From: Octopus vulgaris
Lineage: Eukaryota
NCBI GenBank assembly: GCA_951406725.2
Contig: OX597825.1
Coordinates: 75,268,001-75,332,000, forward strand
Direction: 5' to 3'
Length of the DNA stretch: 64,000 bases
Shown in pieces: positions 23,628 to 37,249 of this stretch (the stretch's first letter is position 1; every line of letters starts with the position of its first letter). Below the pieces are notes generated by a model that was given only the letters and a program-made list of their open reading frames with translations, made no database searches and was not told the origin of the DNA. A program made the position numbers and the translations under genes.

Positions 23628-23797
23628 TTATGCTTTGTCCATTGGCTGTCCTGGCAATGGTGGTGCCGAGGGGAAATTATAGTAAGGATAAGCAGGAGCA
23701 AAGTTCAGTTCCCCATGTGTGTATTTGTCGTCCCCTTCGTCTGAGATGTTCACTTTGCCAAAGACACATTCTTCATATGCTGGAGGAGCTGAAGGAA
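23628..23797 (-). CDS. Alpha-arrestin exon 7: [14 protein letters not shown]...[24 protein letters not shown]
   Basis: ttgcag acceptor in phase 1, TAA at 23630-23628; PPxY and F-x-P-x-YP-x-Y tail typical of invertebrate alpha-arrestins. Confidence 0.92.
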
Positions 23798-26313
23798 CTG
23801 CAAAAGATTACAGAGATTAGATTATAGGTTAATGAATGGTATGTGCATGTGTGTGTGTGTGTGTGTGTCTGCATTTTCATATCACAGAATAAAATCAACT
23901 GTCAAAAGAGGTCAGGTAACAATACAACCTCTATGTAGTCATTCTATCCACTAGAAAGAGCTGCCAAATCTTCAATTCATACCCTACTATTTAAAATATT
24001 GTAAAGGTAAAGACGGATAGTCATGGCTGGAATGGTTTTTATCATAGATCAGCAAGAACATGTTTGGCCAGGAACTAAACAACAACAAATGAAAGGGGAG
24101 AAAAAAAAGAGTGAGGGTGCAATAAAATGAGAGAGAGTGAGGGAGGGAGATCAAGAGGGAGAAGGTTTTGAAGCAACTGCTGTTTCATTAGAACCTTCAT
24201 TGGTCAATGCTGACCATACACCTGCATGTCCATGTGCAAGTCTGAGCAAGGTGCCTTTGAAAGAGACTGGCAGTTACCCATGTCTGCAAATTTCTCCTCT
24301 TCATGTCATTGATGCTTATCAAAGGCCAGGGATGTGGTCCAATATAAAATGGCATCAGCATCATCACAATCATTGCTGTCAAGAAACAAAGAACTGTTAC
24401 AGACACCACAAGGTATTTGGGCCCAGTGAATTAAGTCCATCAATTCACTGTCCAAGATTGGCATTTTTTATTGACCCTGAAAGCCTAAAATCAGAAGTTG
24501 ACCTCAGTATAATTTGAACTCACAGCACCAGTAATCATAAAAAATACTGAAAGGCACTCTAGCCAACAATCTAATGATTGCCATTTTGTTATTCTTTTAA
24601 CCTTTTAGTCTTCAACCCAGCCATATCAGGCCCAAATATTCTATCTGCTTTTTGTTCAAACTTAGTAGATCCAGCCTCTTACACGTACCCTACAATGTCA
24701 TTCTAAATAGTGACAATCACATCACTGAAATCTCAAAGCAACAAGATTAATGTAAGATTAATACAAAACAATGTGAATAAATAATAAGGATTACATTTGA
24801 CAGAGTAATCAAAATGCTTAGGGGTTAAGCAGCTATGGCTTATAGAAACCCCCAAAAGAGACAAAGACACATCACAAAAACTCAGTCACAATTAGTGAAT
24901 GGAAAAGAGAGACATTTTACCCGAGGAATAGAATTATAGAAAGAATTTGGTCAGATGGTTGTGTAACATGAAACTTAATAAATAAAAAAATAAAAGCTTT
25001 GGCAGTGCATTTACTAAAATTGGAACAATACAGAGAAGATTAGCGTGACCCTGTACAAAGATGATATGAATATCTGTCAAGTGCTTTATATTTGTTTTCT
25101 ATTGATGCACGCATGGCTGTGGGATTAAGAAGCTAGCTTTCAAACCATGTGGTTTCAGGTTCAGTCCTGCTGTGCTGCACCTTGGGCAAATTTCTTCTAA
25201 AATGACTATAGGCTATCCAGTGCTTTGTAAGTGGATTTGAAAGAGAGAAACTGTGTGGAAGATCTTCTTGTGTGTGTGTGTGTGTGTAAGTATATATATA
25301 TGTGTATGTAAGTGTGTGTGTGGTTTAGGTATTTGTGCTTTTGTATTTGTGTTTATCCCCTCATCCACCATGTAACATGGTTTGTTTACACACCTGTAAC
25401 TGAGCAGTTCAGCAAAATAGACCAACAGAGTAAGTACCAGGCTTAAAAAATTAAGTACTCAGTTGAGTGTGTTCCACCAAACCATTCAAAGCAGTGCCCT
25501 TGCATGGCTGTAGTGAAATGAGTGAAACAGATGAAAGAGAAAAGATTATAACAGGTAAAAGGTGAAAGATAAAAGATTATAAAATGCAAAAAATACTTAC
25601 TGGCACTGGCACCTTCAGGTGTGGCACTGGGTTCTGGATAAGAGGTGTTGGGTAAAAGAGACCCATACTGGGTTGGATATCCACCAGCATTATACTGGTT
25701 TGGAGCAGGCAGTCCAGCTGAAGGAGCAGGAGGCATGTAAGTTGCTAATGGAATGGTTCCAACAATTATTTCCATTGGTAGTTTTAAAGACATGGCCATC
25801 GATGCTGACACAGAAAACTTTGGTTTTAAAAATAAATAAAAAAAAAGAATTAAAAAAAAAGATAAAAACTGAAGAAAAACAAAATTCTCAAATATTTGTT
25901 GCTGTTATTATTATTATTATAAATTCTTATTATTATCATTATATATTATTATTATTATTATTAATTATTATTATTATTATTATTATAAATTATTATTATT
26001 ATTATTATTATTATCCATCTATAGCTGGATGCCCTTCTTAATGCCAACCACTCCGTGAGTGTAGTGGGTGCTTTTTATGTGCCACCAGCACAGGTACCAG
26101 ACGAGGCTGACAAACGGCCACGATCGGATGGTGCTTTTTACGTGCCACCGGCACAGAGACCAGCCGAAGCTGGCAACAGCCACGGTCAGATGGTGCTTTT
26201 TACGTGCCACCGGCACGGAAGCCAGTCAGGGCGGCGCTGGCTACGGCCACGTTCGGATGGTTCTCTTATGTGCCACCGGCACTGGTATCACAGTTACAGA
26301 TTCCACTGATGTT

Positions 26314-26347
<34 letters not shown>

Positions 26348-28472
26348 GGCAGTGAGCTGGCAGAATCGTTAGCATGTCTGGTAAAATGTTTAGCAGCACT
26401 TCATTTGTCTTTATATTCTGAGTTCAAATTCCACTGAGGTTGACTTGCCTTTCATCCTTTCAGGGCTGATAAAATAAGTACCAGTAGAACACTGGGGTCG
26501 AAATAATAAGCTTACTCCTTCTTCCCAAATTGCTGGCCTTGTGCCAAAATTTGAAATCATCTTTGTAATTATTAAAGTAGTGAACTGGCAAAATCATTAG
26601 CACACTGGGCAAAATGCTTTGCAGCTTTACATTCTAAGATTAAATATCACCAAAATTGACTTCACTTTTCATTCTATTGGGATTGATAAAACACATACCA
26701 GTTGACCATACTGGAGCACATACCCTTTCGTTTCTTGTTGTAGGGACAAGTTCTAGTGGTCAGAAGATCCAGCTATTTCAAGCATCCTCTCCAAAGGTCT
26801 TGGGATGTCATTGCTGAGATGATATCATGCTGGTGAGACCCATATTGGAGTATGGGATTCAAGCCTCTTCTCCTTATCTCCTCAAAGACATACAGCATCT
26901 CGAAAGAGTCCAGAGGGTGGCTACCCGCATGGTTCATGGTCTCAAAAATTTGTCCTACGAAGAAAGGCTGAGGACGCTCGACCTTTATTCTCTTGAAAAA
27001 CGCCGCCGCCGTGGTGATCTCATTCTCGCCCACAACATCATAAGCGGAAAGTGTAACCTCTCGAAAGAGCTGTTCTTCACTCCTGCTCCAGAGCGTTGGC
27101 TGCGGGGTCATTCCGAAAAGCTCTAGCTGCGACGATTTCATCTCAATCGAAGGAGAGGAGCTTTCTCTGTCCGGGTTGCGGATCCGTGGAACAAGCTGCC
27201 AGACGAGATGGTGAAGATGCCGACGACCGCTTTGTTCAAAGCCTCCCTGGACCTCAAGTGGCCTGAACTCTTTACATGAACACCACCCTGTACTTAACTC
27301 CATGTCCCCCTACATGGCCTTGCTATTTGCTTTTGAGCCAAATTAACTAACTAACTAACATATACCTGCAGATATTCCTGAATAATTCACCCTTGGAAAC
27401 ATCAGCGTTTTTGTCCATCATCCTTAAACAACCTTTATTCGGGGACCTTTTAAGCAAGATAGGATACTTTACCTGAAGAAAATACCAACTTGGCTCTACC
27501 TGAATGGTCATGCACTGGGTTATCATGATGGGTGGCAGCGAGCTGGCAGAAACGTTAGCACGCCAGGCGAAATGCGTAGCCGTATTTCGTCTGCTGTTAC
27601 GTTCTGGGTTCAAATTCCGCCAAGGTCGACTTTGCCTTTCATCCTTTCGGGGTCGATAAATTAAGTATCAGTTATGCACTGGGGATCGATGTAATTGACT
27701 TAATCCGTTTGTCTGTCCTTGTTTGTCCTCTCTGTGTTTAGCCCCTTGTGGGTAGTAAAGAGATATATAGATATATATTAAGCTTTGTAAATTTGTACCC
27801 CAGCATCACTTTGATGGCAAGTGCAAAATAATTATTTTTTATACTGCAGGTACAAGGCCTGAAATTTTAGGGGAGAGGATTAATTGATAACATCACCCCC
27901 AGTATGACAATGATGGCGATGATGGCAGTGGTAGAGGTGATGATGATGGTGGCGACAATGACAATAACAAACTTGATGGTCATAAATATAACCAATAAAT
28001 AATTGAAATACTTACCGTCAAAATATATTTTATGTCAATAATGTTACAGTATATCAGACTGGATGGTGGCAATGGTGGGATAAGAAGAGCAACTTGGTTC
28101 CAATAATCGCTTTCCCCAGGCCGAACACCTCCTTGCGTTACAGATGCGATGTTTTGATGCAGAGTTTTTGTTTTAGTCGTTGCATGGAAAGAAGTAATCT
28201 GCAGAGGGTAAGAAAAATACAATATATTTTATAATTAATACTAGCAGGACCTACTCTTTTACTTGTTTCAGACATGTGACTGTGGCCATGCTGGAGCACC
28301 GCCTTTTAGTCAAGCAAATCGACCCCAGGACTTATTCTTTGTAAGCCTAATACTTATTCTATCGGTCTATTTTGACGAACCACTAATTTACAGGGATGTA
28401 AACACAGCAGCACCAGTTGTGAAGTGATGTTGGGGGACAAACACAGATATATACACACACATACATATATAT

Positions 28473-28525
<53 letters not shown>

Positions 28526-31500
28526 CACATACATATATATGACAGGCTTCTTTCAGTTTCCATCTACCAAATCCACTCACAAGGCTTTGGTTGATCTGTG
28601 ACTATAGTAGAAGACACTTGCCCAAGGTGCCACCCGGTGGGATGAACCTGGAGCCATGTGGTTCGTAAACAAGCTACTTACCACACAGCCACTCCTACGC
28701 CTACTTACCACACAGCCCACAAAATTAATGGTAAACTTATTGGGTTATTTCTTAAAAAACTTTATCCAAAAAATCTGAAAGCGTAGCCTGTGTTGTGTCT
28801 GTGTCATTCATTTGCTAATCATTGAAAAGTGAAGGAAATTGGAATACAATGATTTAATGATTACTTAATGAACTTTATATACTTCATGCACAATTTCATA
28901 GACTTAATACACAGCACTCTTCCCCTTTCTCTCTTACTCTTCACCAAACCCTCTTGCTCTCCTTTTTTTTTCACTCTTTGTCTTTCCCTTCAACTAATCA
29001 TGTGAAAGCATTACAAATGGGTAAAGTAACGGAGGAAAACAAAAACCTTGATAAAAAAGAAAAGAAATACACATTTCACTCACCACCACCACTCTCTCCT
29101 CCTCCCCACTATTCACCCCTCCCCCTTCAATTAATCATGTGGAAGTATTATAGACTGGCTAAATAATCAAAGGACAAGCAGAATTATCATACGATAATAA
29201 TACAATGATTAATATGGTAATTATTTCGGATATATAATGTGCAGGTATGGTTGTGTGGTAAGAAGTTTGCTTCCCAAGCACATGGTTTCAGGTTCAGTCC
29301 CACTGTCAGGTACCTTGTGCAAAAGGCTTCTATTATAGCCCTGGGTCAACCAAAACCTTGTTACCCAGAGAAAATGTAAAGAAGGAAAAAAACGTGGTTT
29401 AAAAAAGGATATGTAGTTTAGTTTCTTGGGGTGGGGTGTGTGAACATTTTATTCTTACATGCAGGTGGGAACAAATCTTCTAAAACTCAGTTTTGCTGAG
29501 ATCTTCTCTAGAATCTCGTATCCTGATCCATTGTCATTTTCTCCATGAGCCACAACATCCTGAAATCAGTCCTCACCCCTGTCTTCCTGGGTCTCTCTCT
29601 TCCATATGTACCGTCCACTTTCAGTGACCAACACTTCTTTATACAGCTGCCTTCACTCATATGCATCACATGTCCAAACCAAAGCATTCTCCTCTCCTGC
29701 ATGCCACATTTAATTCCTCTTATGCCCAACTTTTCTCTCACCACAGTTGCGCTTAGTCATTCATGCACACTGAGGTTGCACATCCAGTGGAGCATATGAC
29801 CCTCATTCCTCTCCAGTCTATGCATGTCCTCTGCATTCAGAGCCCATGTCTCACTGTCAGGGAGTATAGCCATTCATACACAAGCATCATACAATTTATA
29901 TTTTATTCTGAGAGTCTTTATATATATACACACACACTCACAAGGCTTTGGTCAGCCTAAGGCTGTAGCAGATGACACTTGCCCAAGGCTCCATGCAGTG
30001 GGAATGAACCCAGAACCATGGGGTTGGGAAGTGAAATTCTTTACCACACAACCTTCAGCTTGGGGTATTGTATAATATCATGTGATGCCATTTGATAATC
30101 ACTTTAACCTGACACAAACAACACAAATGCACATGCACACACACATACACACACATGCACTGACACACACACACACACACATGCACTGACATACACACAC
30201 ACACATGCACTGACGCATACAGACATAAAATAAGGTGAAGCTGATAAAACTGTTTACTCACCATGTCTAGTGATGCTTTTGAATGGGTTATATCTCGGTT
30301 TGACATGTTACATATCTCAGCATTGATATAAATTTGCTCTCCACTTACGTAACCCGTCCGATATAAATTCACGTGAGCACTCAATGGTCCGGACTTGCAG
30401 CAACAGCAGCAGAAATGCTTGGTCCCTTGCTGTTGGAGTGGTTGCTGAAAAAGAATAAACAAAAAACAAAGAGAAAGATGAAAAACAAATAAGTAGGAGT
30501 GGCTGTGTGGTAAGTAGCTTGCTAACCAACCTCATGGTTCCGGGTTCGGTCCCACTGCGTGGCACCTTGGGCAAGTATCTTCTGCTATAGCCTCGGGCTG
30601 ACCAATGCCTTGTGAGTGGATTTGGTAGACGGAAACTGAAAGAAGCCTGTCATATATATGTGTATATATATATATATATATGTATGTATGTGTGTGTATA
30701 TGTTTGTGTGTCTGTGTTTGTCCCCCTAGCATTGCTTGACAACCGATGCTGGTGTGTTTATGCCCCTGTCACTTAGCGGTTCGGCAAAAGAGACCGATAG
30801 AATAAGTACTGGGCTTACAAAGAATAAGCCCCGGGGTCGATTTGCTTGACTAAAGGCGGTGCCCCAGCATGGCCGCAGTCAAATGACTGAAACAAGTAAA
30901 AGTAAAAGTAAGTAAAGTAAGTAACTAGATTCAATATGTTTCATCTTTAATCTTTAATCTTTAATCTTCTGCTTTTTTCAGTCATTCAACAGCGATCATG
31001 CTGGAGCATTACCTTAATGTGTTTAGTCAAACAAATTGACCCTAATACTTATCAAGTACTTATTATATTTTGCTGAATAGTTAAGTTATGGGGATGTAAA
31101 CAAACCAATATCAGTTGTCATGTGGTGTTGTGGAGACAAATGCAAGCAAAAGGTACACACACATACATGTATGTATGTATGTATGTATGTATGTATGTAG
31201 TGGAGGTGCAATGGCCCAGTGGTTAGGGCAGCGGACTCGCGGTTGGAGGATCGCGGTTTCGATTCCCAGACTGGATGTTGTGTGTATTTATTGAGCGAAA
31301 ACACCTAAATGCTCCACGAAGCTCTGGCAGGGGGTGTTGGCGACCCCTGTTGTACTCTTTCGCCACAACTTTCTCTCACTCTCTCTTCCTGTTTCTTGAG
31401 TAATGCTGTGATGGACTGGCATCCTGTTCAGCTGGGGGGAACACATACGCCACAGAAACCGGGAAACCGGGTCCATGTGCCTGGCCAGGCTTGAAAAGGG

Positions 31501-34500
31501 TGATGTTTTATATGTATGTATGTATGTAAGTAAGTACTACAGGCTTCTTTCAGTTTCAATTCACTCACTCGGCTTTCGTTAGCCCAGGGCTATAGCTATA
31601 GTAGAAGGAAATGATGATAAGGAAGATGATGACAATGAAGACAAAGGTGGTGATGGTGTTAATAATAATGATGACAAAGGCAATGATAGTGATGATGATA
31701 ATGATGATGATAATGATGATGATAATGATGGTAATGATGTCAATGATGATGATTATGATGGTGATAAGTACCTACCAATGCATTTGGTGTCTGGTTTAGA
31801 TCCAGAACTGTGATTACAGTGAACGGAACTTTGCACTTATGGTCAAATTTCCAAGGCTTATCCATAATAGCTTTTACAAAGTATCTTACATATCCGGTCC
31901 CTCCTTCATATGACGATGGAATATTGTACGGAAGCATAAACTCAAAAGGATAGTGATGCTCTCCACCATTCAATATCACTTGATTAGCTCCCATAACTGG
32001 ACCTACAAGAAGAATATGTATGCATAATGGAGAAAATATTTATACGAGTATATATATGTATGTGGATAGCTATGGTTATGTGTTTTTAGATGTAGGCATG
32101 ACAGTGTGGTTAAAAAGCAGCTTTGCAATCAGATGGTTTAGGGTTCAGTCCCACTGAGTAGTACTTTGGCTAAGTGTCTTCAGTGGACAACCAAAGCATC
32201 GTGAGTGGGTTATATGGTCAAAGAATAATGCTTAACTACACAAAAATCCCAATTCTTCAGATGTTAAACAGTTATGTTCACTTTCGTGGTTATAACCCAA
32301 AACCCTTTTTTCAGAAAAGCTAAAAAATATTCGGAGGTGTACTTGCATAGCAAGTGATTTGATCTGAGATCGTGTGCTGAAACGAAAACAATTGCAGCGT
32401 GGAACGTGTTTATAAGCCATTTAAGAAACACACAAAAGCCGTTCGATTCACTTCAACATTTAAGTTTAATTTGTCAAAATATTTTCGTTGCTATAAGACC
32501 GCGACCTGTTCACTGACAAAAATTCATGCTGCATCGGATTTTTGTCAGTGAACAGGTCGCGGTCTTATATTTTGACAAATTAAAATTAAATGCTGAAGTG
32601 AATTGAACGGCTTTTGGGTGTTTCTTAAATGGCTTACAAACACCTTCCACGCTGCAATTGTTTAAAAAATATTCTTATATGAGTTGATAAGAAACCCTCT
32701 ATGTGGACACTAAAGCTGCTAGAAACAGCAACCAAATCTCATTCAAATCATACCCTACTGTTTAAGAAAGGAAAAACATACTGAATAATGTAGATGCAAT
32801 CCTGGATGTACTATTTCCGGGTGAAAAATGAGACAGGCATGGCTGGAATGCTTTTGCTCATTAATTTGTTTATTGAAGGCTGACCTGTGTCTAAATAACA
32901 ACAAAATATATATTTATAATTAAATAATATGGGAGAGGTTTGCAAAAGAGCAAAGGTTTGTGCGCGCGTGCATGTGTGTGTGTGTGTTCATGGATGCATG
33001 TCTGTGTGAGTGTACTCGGACACATACAATGGGACCTTACCTGAGCCATAGAGGATGACAGTATAATCAAAATAGTTTTCAGTGGCTGAGTAATGTCGTG
33101 TTGTGGTGGTCCTGCTTTTACCACTTCCAGACGAATGTCTTTCAGTCCAATGGACACGAGCTTCCCCTTTTAACTCCAGACGGACACCTAAGGGAGAAAT
33201 CAGTGAAATATAAAATATTAAAAATATAGTCCCACAAAAAGGCAGCGAGCTCACAGAACCATTTACACGCTTGGCAGCATTTTGTCTGACTATGTTCTGA
33301 GTTCAAATTCTGCCAAGGTTGACTTTGCTTCCATCCTTTTGATGTTGATAAAATAAGTGTCAGTTAGAATATTGGAGTCAATGTAATCAACTTGTTTCCT
33401 CCCCCAAAATTGCAGGCCTTGTACCAAAATTTGAAACCAGCATAATCCCACAATGACTAACCCACAAGCATTCTCTCCCCACACTCTTCGAACGTTTTTC
33501 AAACAGTCACAACAGTCACTGCTTCTCTAAATTCGTTAACTGTATACCACTCAATGCACTTACCTTTGCTTTTCTTTGTCACTCCTTTTGTTTCATTTGA
33601 TCTACTAAATTGGGGTTAGGGTTAGGGTTCTACTAAATACTTTACCCCTGAGCTACATGTATGCAATGTCTCAAACTTTCCCCATTTCATCTCCTACAAA
33701 AGTTCAAACTAGACATCAACTGAATTGTTCCCACTAATCTAGAAAGGTCTACCAGAGATGCTGACATTATCCTTACTCTGCAGACAAAAAAAAAGAAGAG
33801 AAATATTCTTAATAACAACATTCGGATTTGAAAGAGAAAACAAAAAAGAGTGTGAAAATATTTATAAACTGCAACTGGGACAATGTATTAACATAGAAAT
33901 TTAATGCACTTTGATAAAAACAAAATCCTTTTGGGGTTAAAACAACTCATTAACATTTCAAATGATGAATACAAAAATCTGCCTAACAACTCTCAATGGA
34001 TCATTGTTTTGTAAACCACCTAATTTTGTAAAATAGAAGTACAATTCACCATTTTATAAGTATGTCAGCACATACATACATACAAACATACTGAACATTC
34101 ATTTCTCCATGCTTCATTGAGGTAAATTTTTATACACATAGATGTTCTTCCTGTCACTAATCATCACATTTCTAAGCAACACACACACACACACATATAC
34201 ACATATGCATGAATGTGCATATTGATACAAACAAGGTCGGTTTGGTGAGATTGAAGAGATGCTTGAGCAAAAACAAATAGAAGTGTGGTGTGTGCAAGAG
34301 GTACGATGGAAGAGTGCTTCAGCCAGACATTCAGAACCAAGAAATACACACACACATATATAGATATAGACACACATACATGTACACCAACACACATTTA
34401 TATATACATTCATAGAGAAAACTTAGGATCCCTACATACAATCCAATTCTCCCACTTTCTCCCTCTCTTTCACACTCATTTATTGTTGTTATGCAATCAT

Positions 34501-34583
34501 TTATCTAATTTTGCCAAAGTTTGGCTGACTGAATACTGTTGGTTATAGCTCTAGTTAAGAATGCAAATGTCCAATTCTGTCTC

Positions 34584-34619
<36 letters not shown>

Positions 34620-37189
34620 GTTATTCTTTCACAATAGCAGCCAGAGTGTTTGCTGTTTTGTGTTGTTATTCACCAAGCGGTATGTTATGATGGCAAGTTA
34701 AATTCAATTGTTCAATTATGTTACTCTGAATCCCCAAAATTCCATCTCCTCATGTTTTGTCCTTGGTCAGTCTAACTCTGGACTCCCCCCTCTCTCTCTC
34801 TCTCCCTCCCAGTTCCATTAACCACTTGCTTCTCCCAACATGACAACATTGCCTTCCCCCCCTATATAAATTAGCTCTATTTGGATTCCCCTACCTCATA
34901 TCTTAATATCTTGCTACACACAGTGAAAGTCAAAGAAGATGTTCAGATAAGCAACTTTGTTTCCAGCCTACCACACATCTAAAAACCACTTTTCACAGTG
35001 CAAATTATGATTACTTTATCATTTCATTATCTATCTATGCACCCAGTTTCGGCTTCCATGCAATATGTTAGAGAAAACTTAAGATCCCTGTGTGCAATCC
35101 AATTCCCCCTCTCTTACATGCTCATTTATTATTGTTATTCATTCATTTATTTAATTTTGTTACATGTTCTTGGTTTCAATGGCTTCTATGCATGACTGTG
35201 GCTTCGAAGTAGATGACCACCATCACTGATTTGATCCCATCTGATTATCATTTGTTCATGAACAGGTAAAACACATTGGTTGGGGACCAGTATTGCAGGG
35301 ATGATGACATCGTGTCTGGTCTTAATGACTTTTTTGGCCAACAGAATGAAAGCTTCTTCACCAATGGCAACACTAATGCAAGAAGTGCATGGACCGCAAG
35401 TGGGGACTAGATTGAAAAATAAACCTCATTTGGTCACATTCCATGAGAGTATTTTTGTCAGCCTATAAGTTTTTCAGTCAAAATTTTATATTTATTGTAT
35501 GGCCAACCTCAAAAGAAACCTCACACTACTGATATATATATACATATATAGAAAATCAAATGGTAATTGTAGTTGTGATATCTGTGCCGGTGGCACGTTA
35601 AAAGCACCATCCGTACGTGGCTGATGCTAGCGCCACCTTGACTGGCTTCCATGCTGGTGGCACGTAAAAAGCACCAACCAATCGTGGCCATTGCCAGCCT
35701 CCCCTGGCACCTGTGCCGGTGGCATGTTAAAAGCACTTTCGTACGTGGCCGATGCCTGCGCCGCCTTGACTGGCTTCTGTGCTGGTGGCACGTAAAAAGC
35801 ACCAACCGATCGTAAAAAGCACCAGTCTCCCCTGGCACCTGTGCCGGTGGCATGCTAAAAGCACCCACTACACTCACGGAGTGGTTGGTGTTAGAAAGGG
35901 CATCCAGCCGTAGAAACATTGCCAGATCAGACTGGAGCTTGGTGCAGTCTCCTGGCTTCCCAGACCCCGGTCAAACCATCCAACCCATGCTAGCATGGAA
36001 AACAGATGTTAAACGATGATGATGATGATATTTATATATATATATATAGGCGCAGGAGTGGCTGTTTGGTAAGTAGCTTGCTAACCAACCACATGGTTCC
36101 GGGTTCAGTCCCACTGCGTGGCATCTTGGGCAAGTGTCTTCTGCTATAGCCCCGGGCCGACCAATGCTTTGTGAGTGGATTTGGTAGACGGAAACTGAAA
36201 GAAGCCTGTCGTATATATGTATATATATATAAGTGTGTGTGAATATGTTTGTGTGTCTGTGTTTGTTCCCCTAGCATTGCTTGACAACCGATGCTGGTGT
36301 GTTTACGTCCCCGTCACTTAGCGGTTCGGCAAAAGAGACTGATAGAATAAGTACTGGGCTTACAAAAGAATAAGTCCCGGGGTCGAGTTGCTCGACTAAA
36401 GGCGGTGCTCCAGCATGGCCGCAGTCAAATGACTGAAACAAGTAAAAAGAGTAAAAAAAAAGAGAGAGTAAAAAATATATATCTGTATGTATAAAGGTAA
36501 GGTTATTTTATTTAATTTTTATACTAACTCTCAAATTCAAGTATTATAATTATAATTATGTTCTGCACGATCTACGTGCATTAGACAATACAGAGCAATT
36601 CACCTCCTCAAAGAAGAAGCCACTTACAAAAAGAAAGCAAATGAAAAAAAATTAAACAGATACTCATTATGATATGATGATTGCATACAAACTTTTGATG
36701 TGTCATTTGAACAATGTCAGTTGTTCCAAAATTCAGACGTTGGTCTGCAGTCTTGCATATAAAATATGCCATGTTGTAGTCAACTGACCAAATTATAAAG
36801 AATATGCAAAATAAATCATCATTGATACATTGCAATAATAATAATAATAATGATAAAGAATTGAGGGGGTAAGCAAAGCTAATCTTTTATTCAATCATTC
36901 ATTGTAGATTACATAAAGCTACTGGTCTAACCTTTAAATCTCTCCTATGTTCGGTTTCTGATTCAAAGTCGGATGACATTTTATCCATTTTGTAACAGGT
37001 TTTGTGTTTTATATTTGCTGTATCCATATTTATTCCAGTATGATTTTTTGTGTTGTATCTATTATAATTAAGTGTGACTGACATTTATTGAATGGTGTAG
37101 CATTGTACTTTATGCTTTTTTTGCCTGGTAGTAGAATAGTAAAATCCATTCTTATAGTATTCTGTGATCCCAAGGTTGTCTTACCATAA

Positions 37190-37249
<60 letters not shown>

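Noticed and set aside
31199-31272. Possible tRNA gene
   Set aside because: The acceptor stem does not close and the sequence continues into a SINE body; treated as a SINE head.
33611-33629. TTAGGG telomeric repeats
   Set aside because: Only about two units; not informative.
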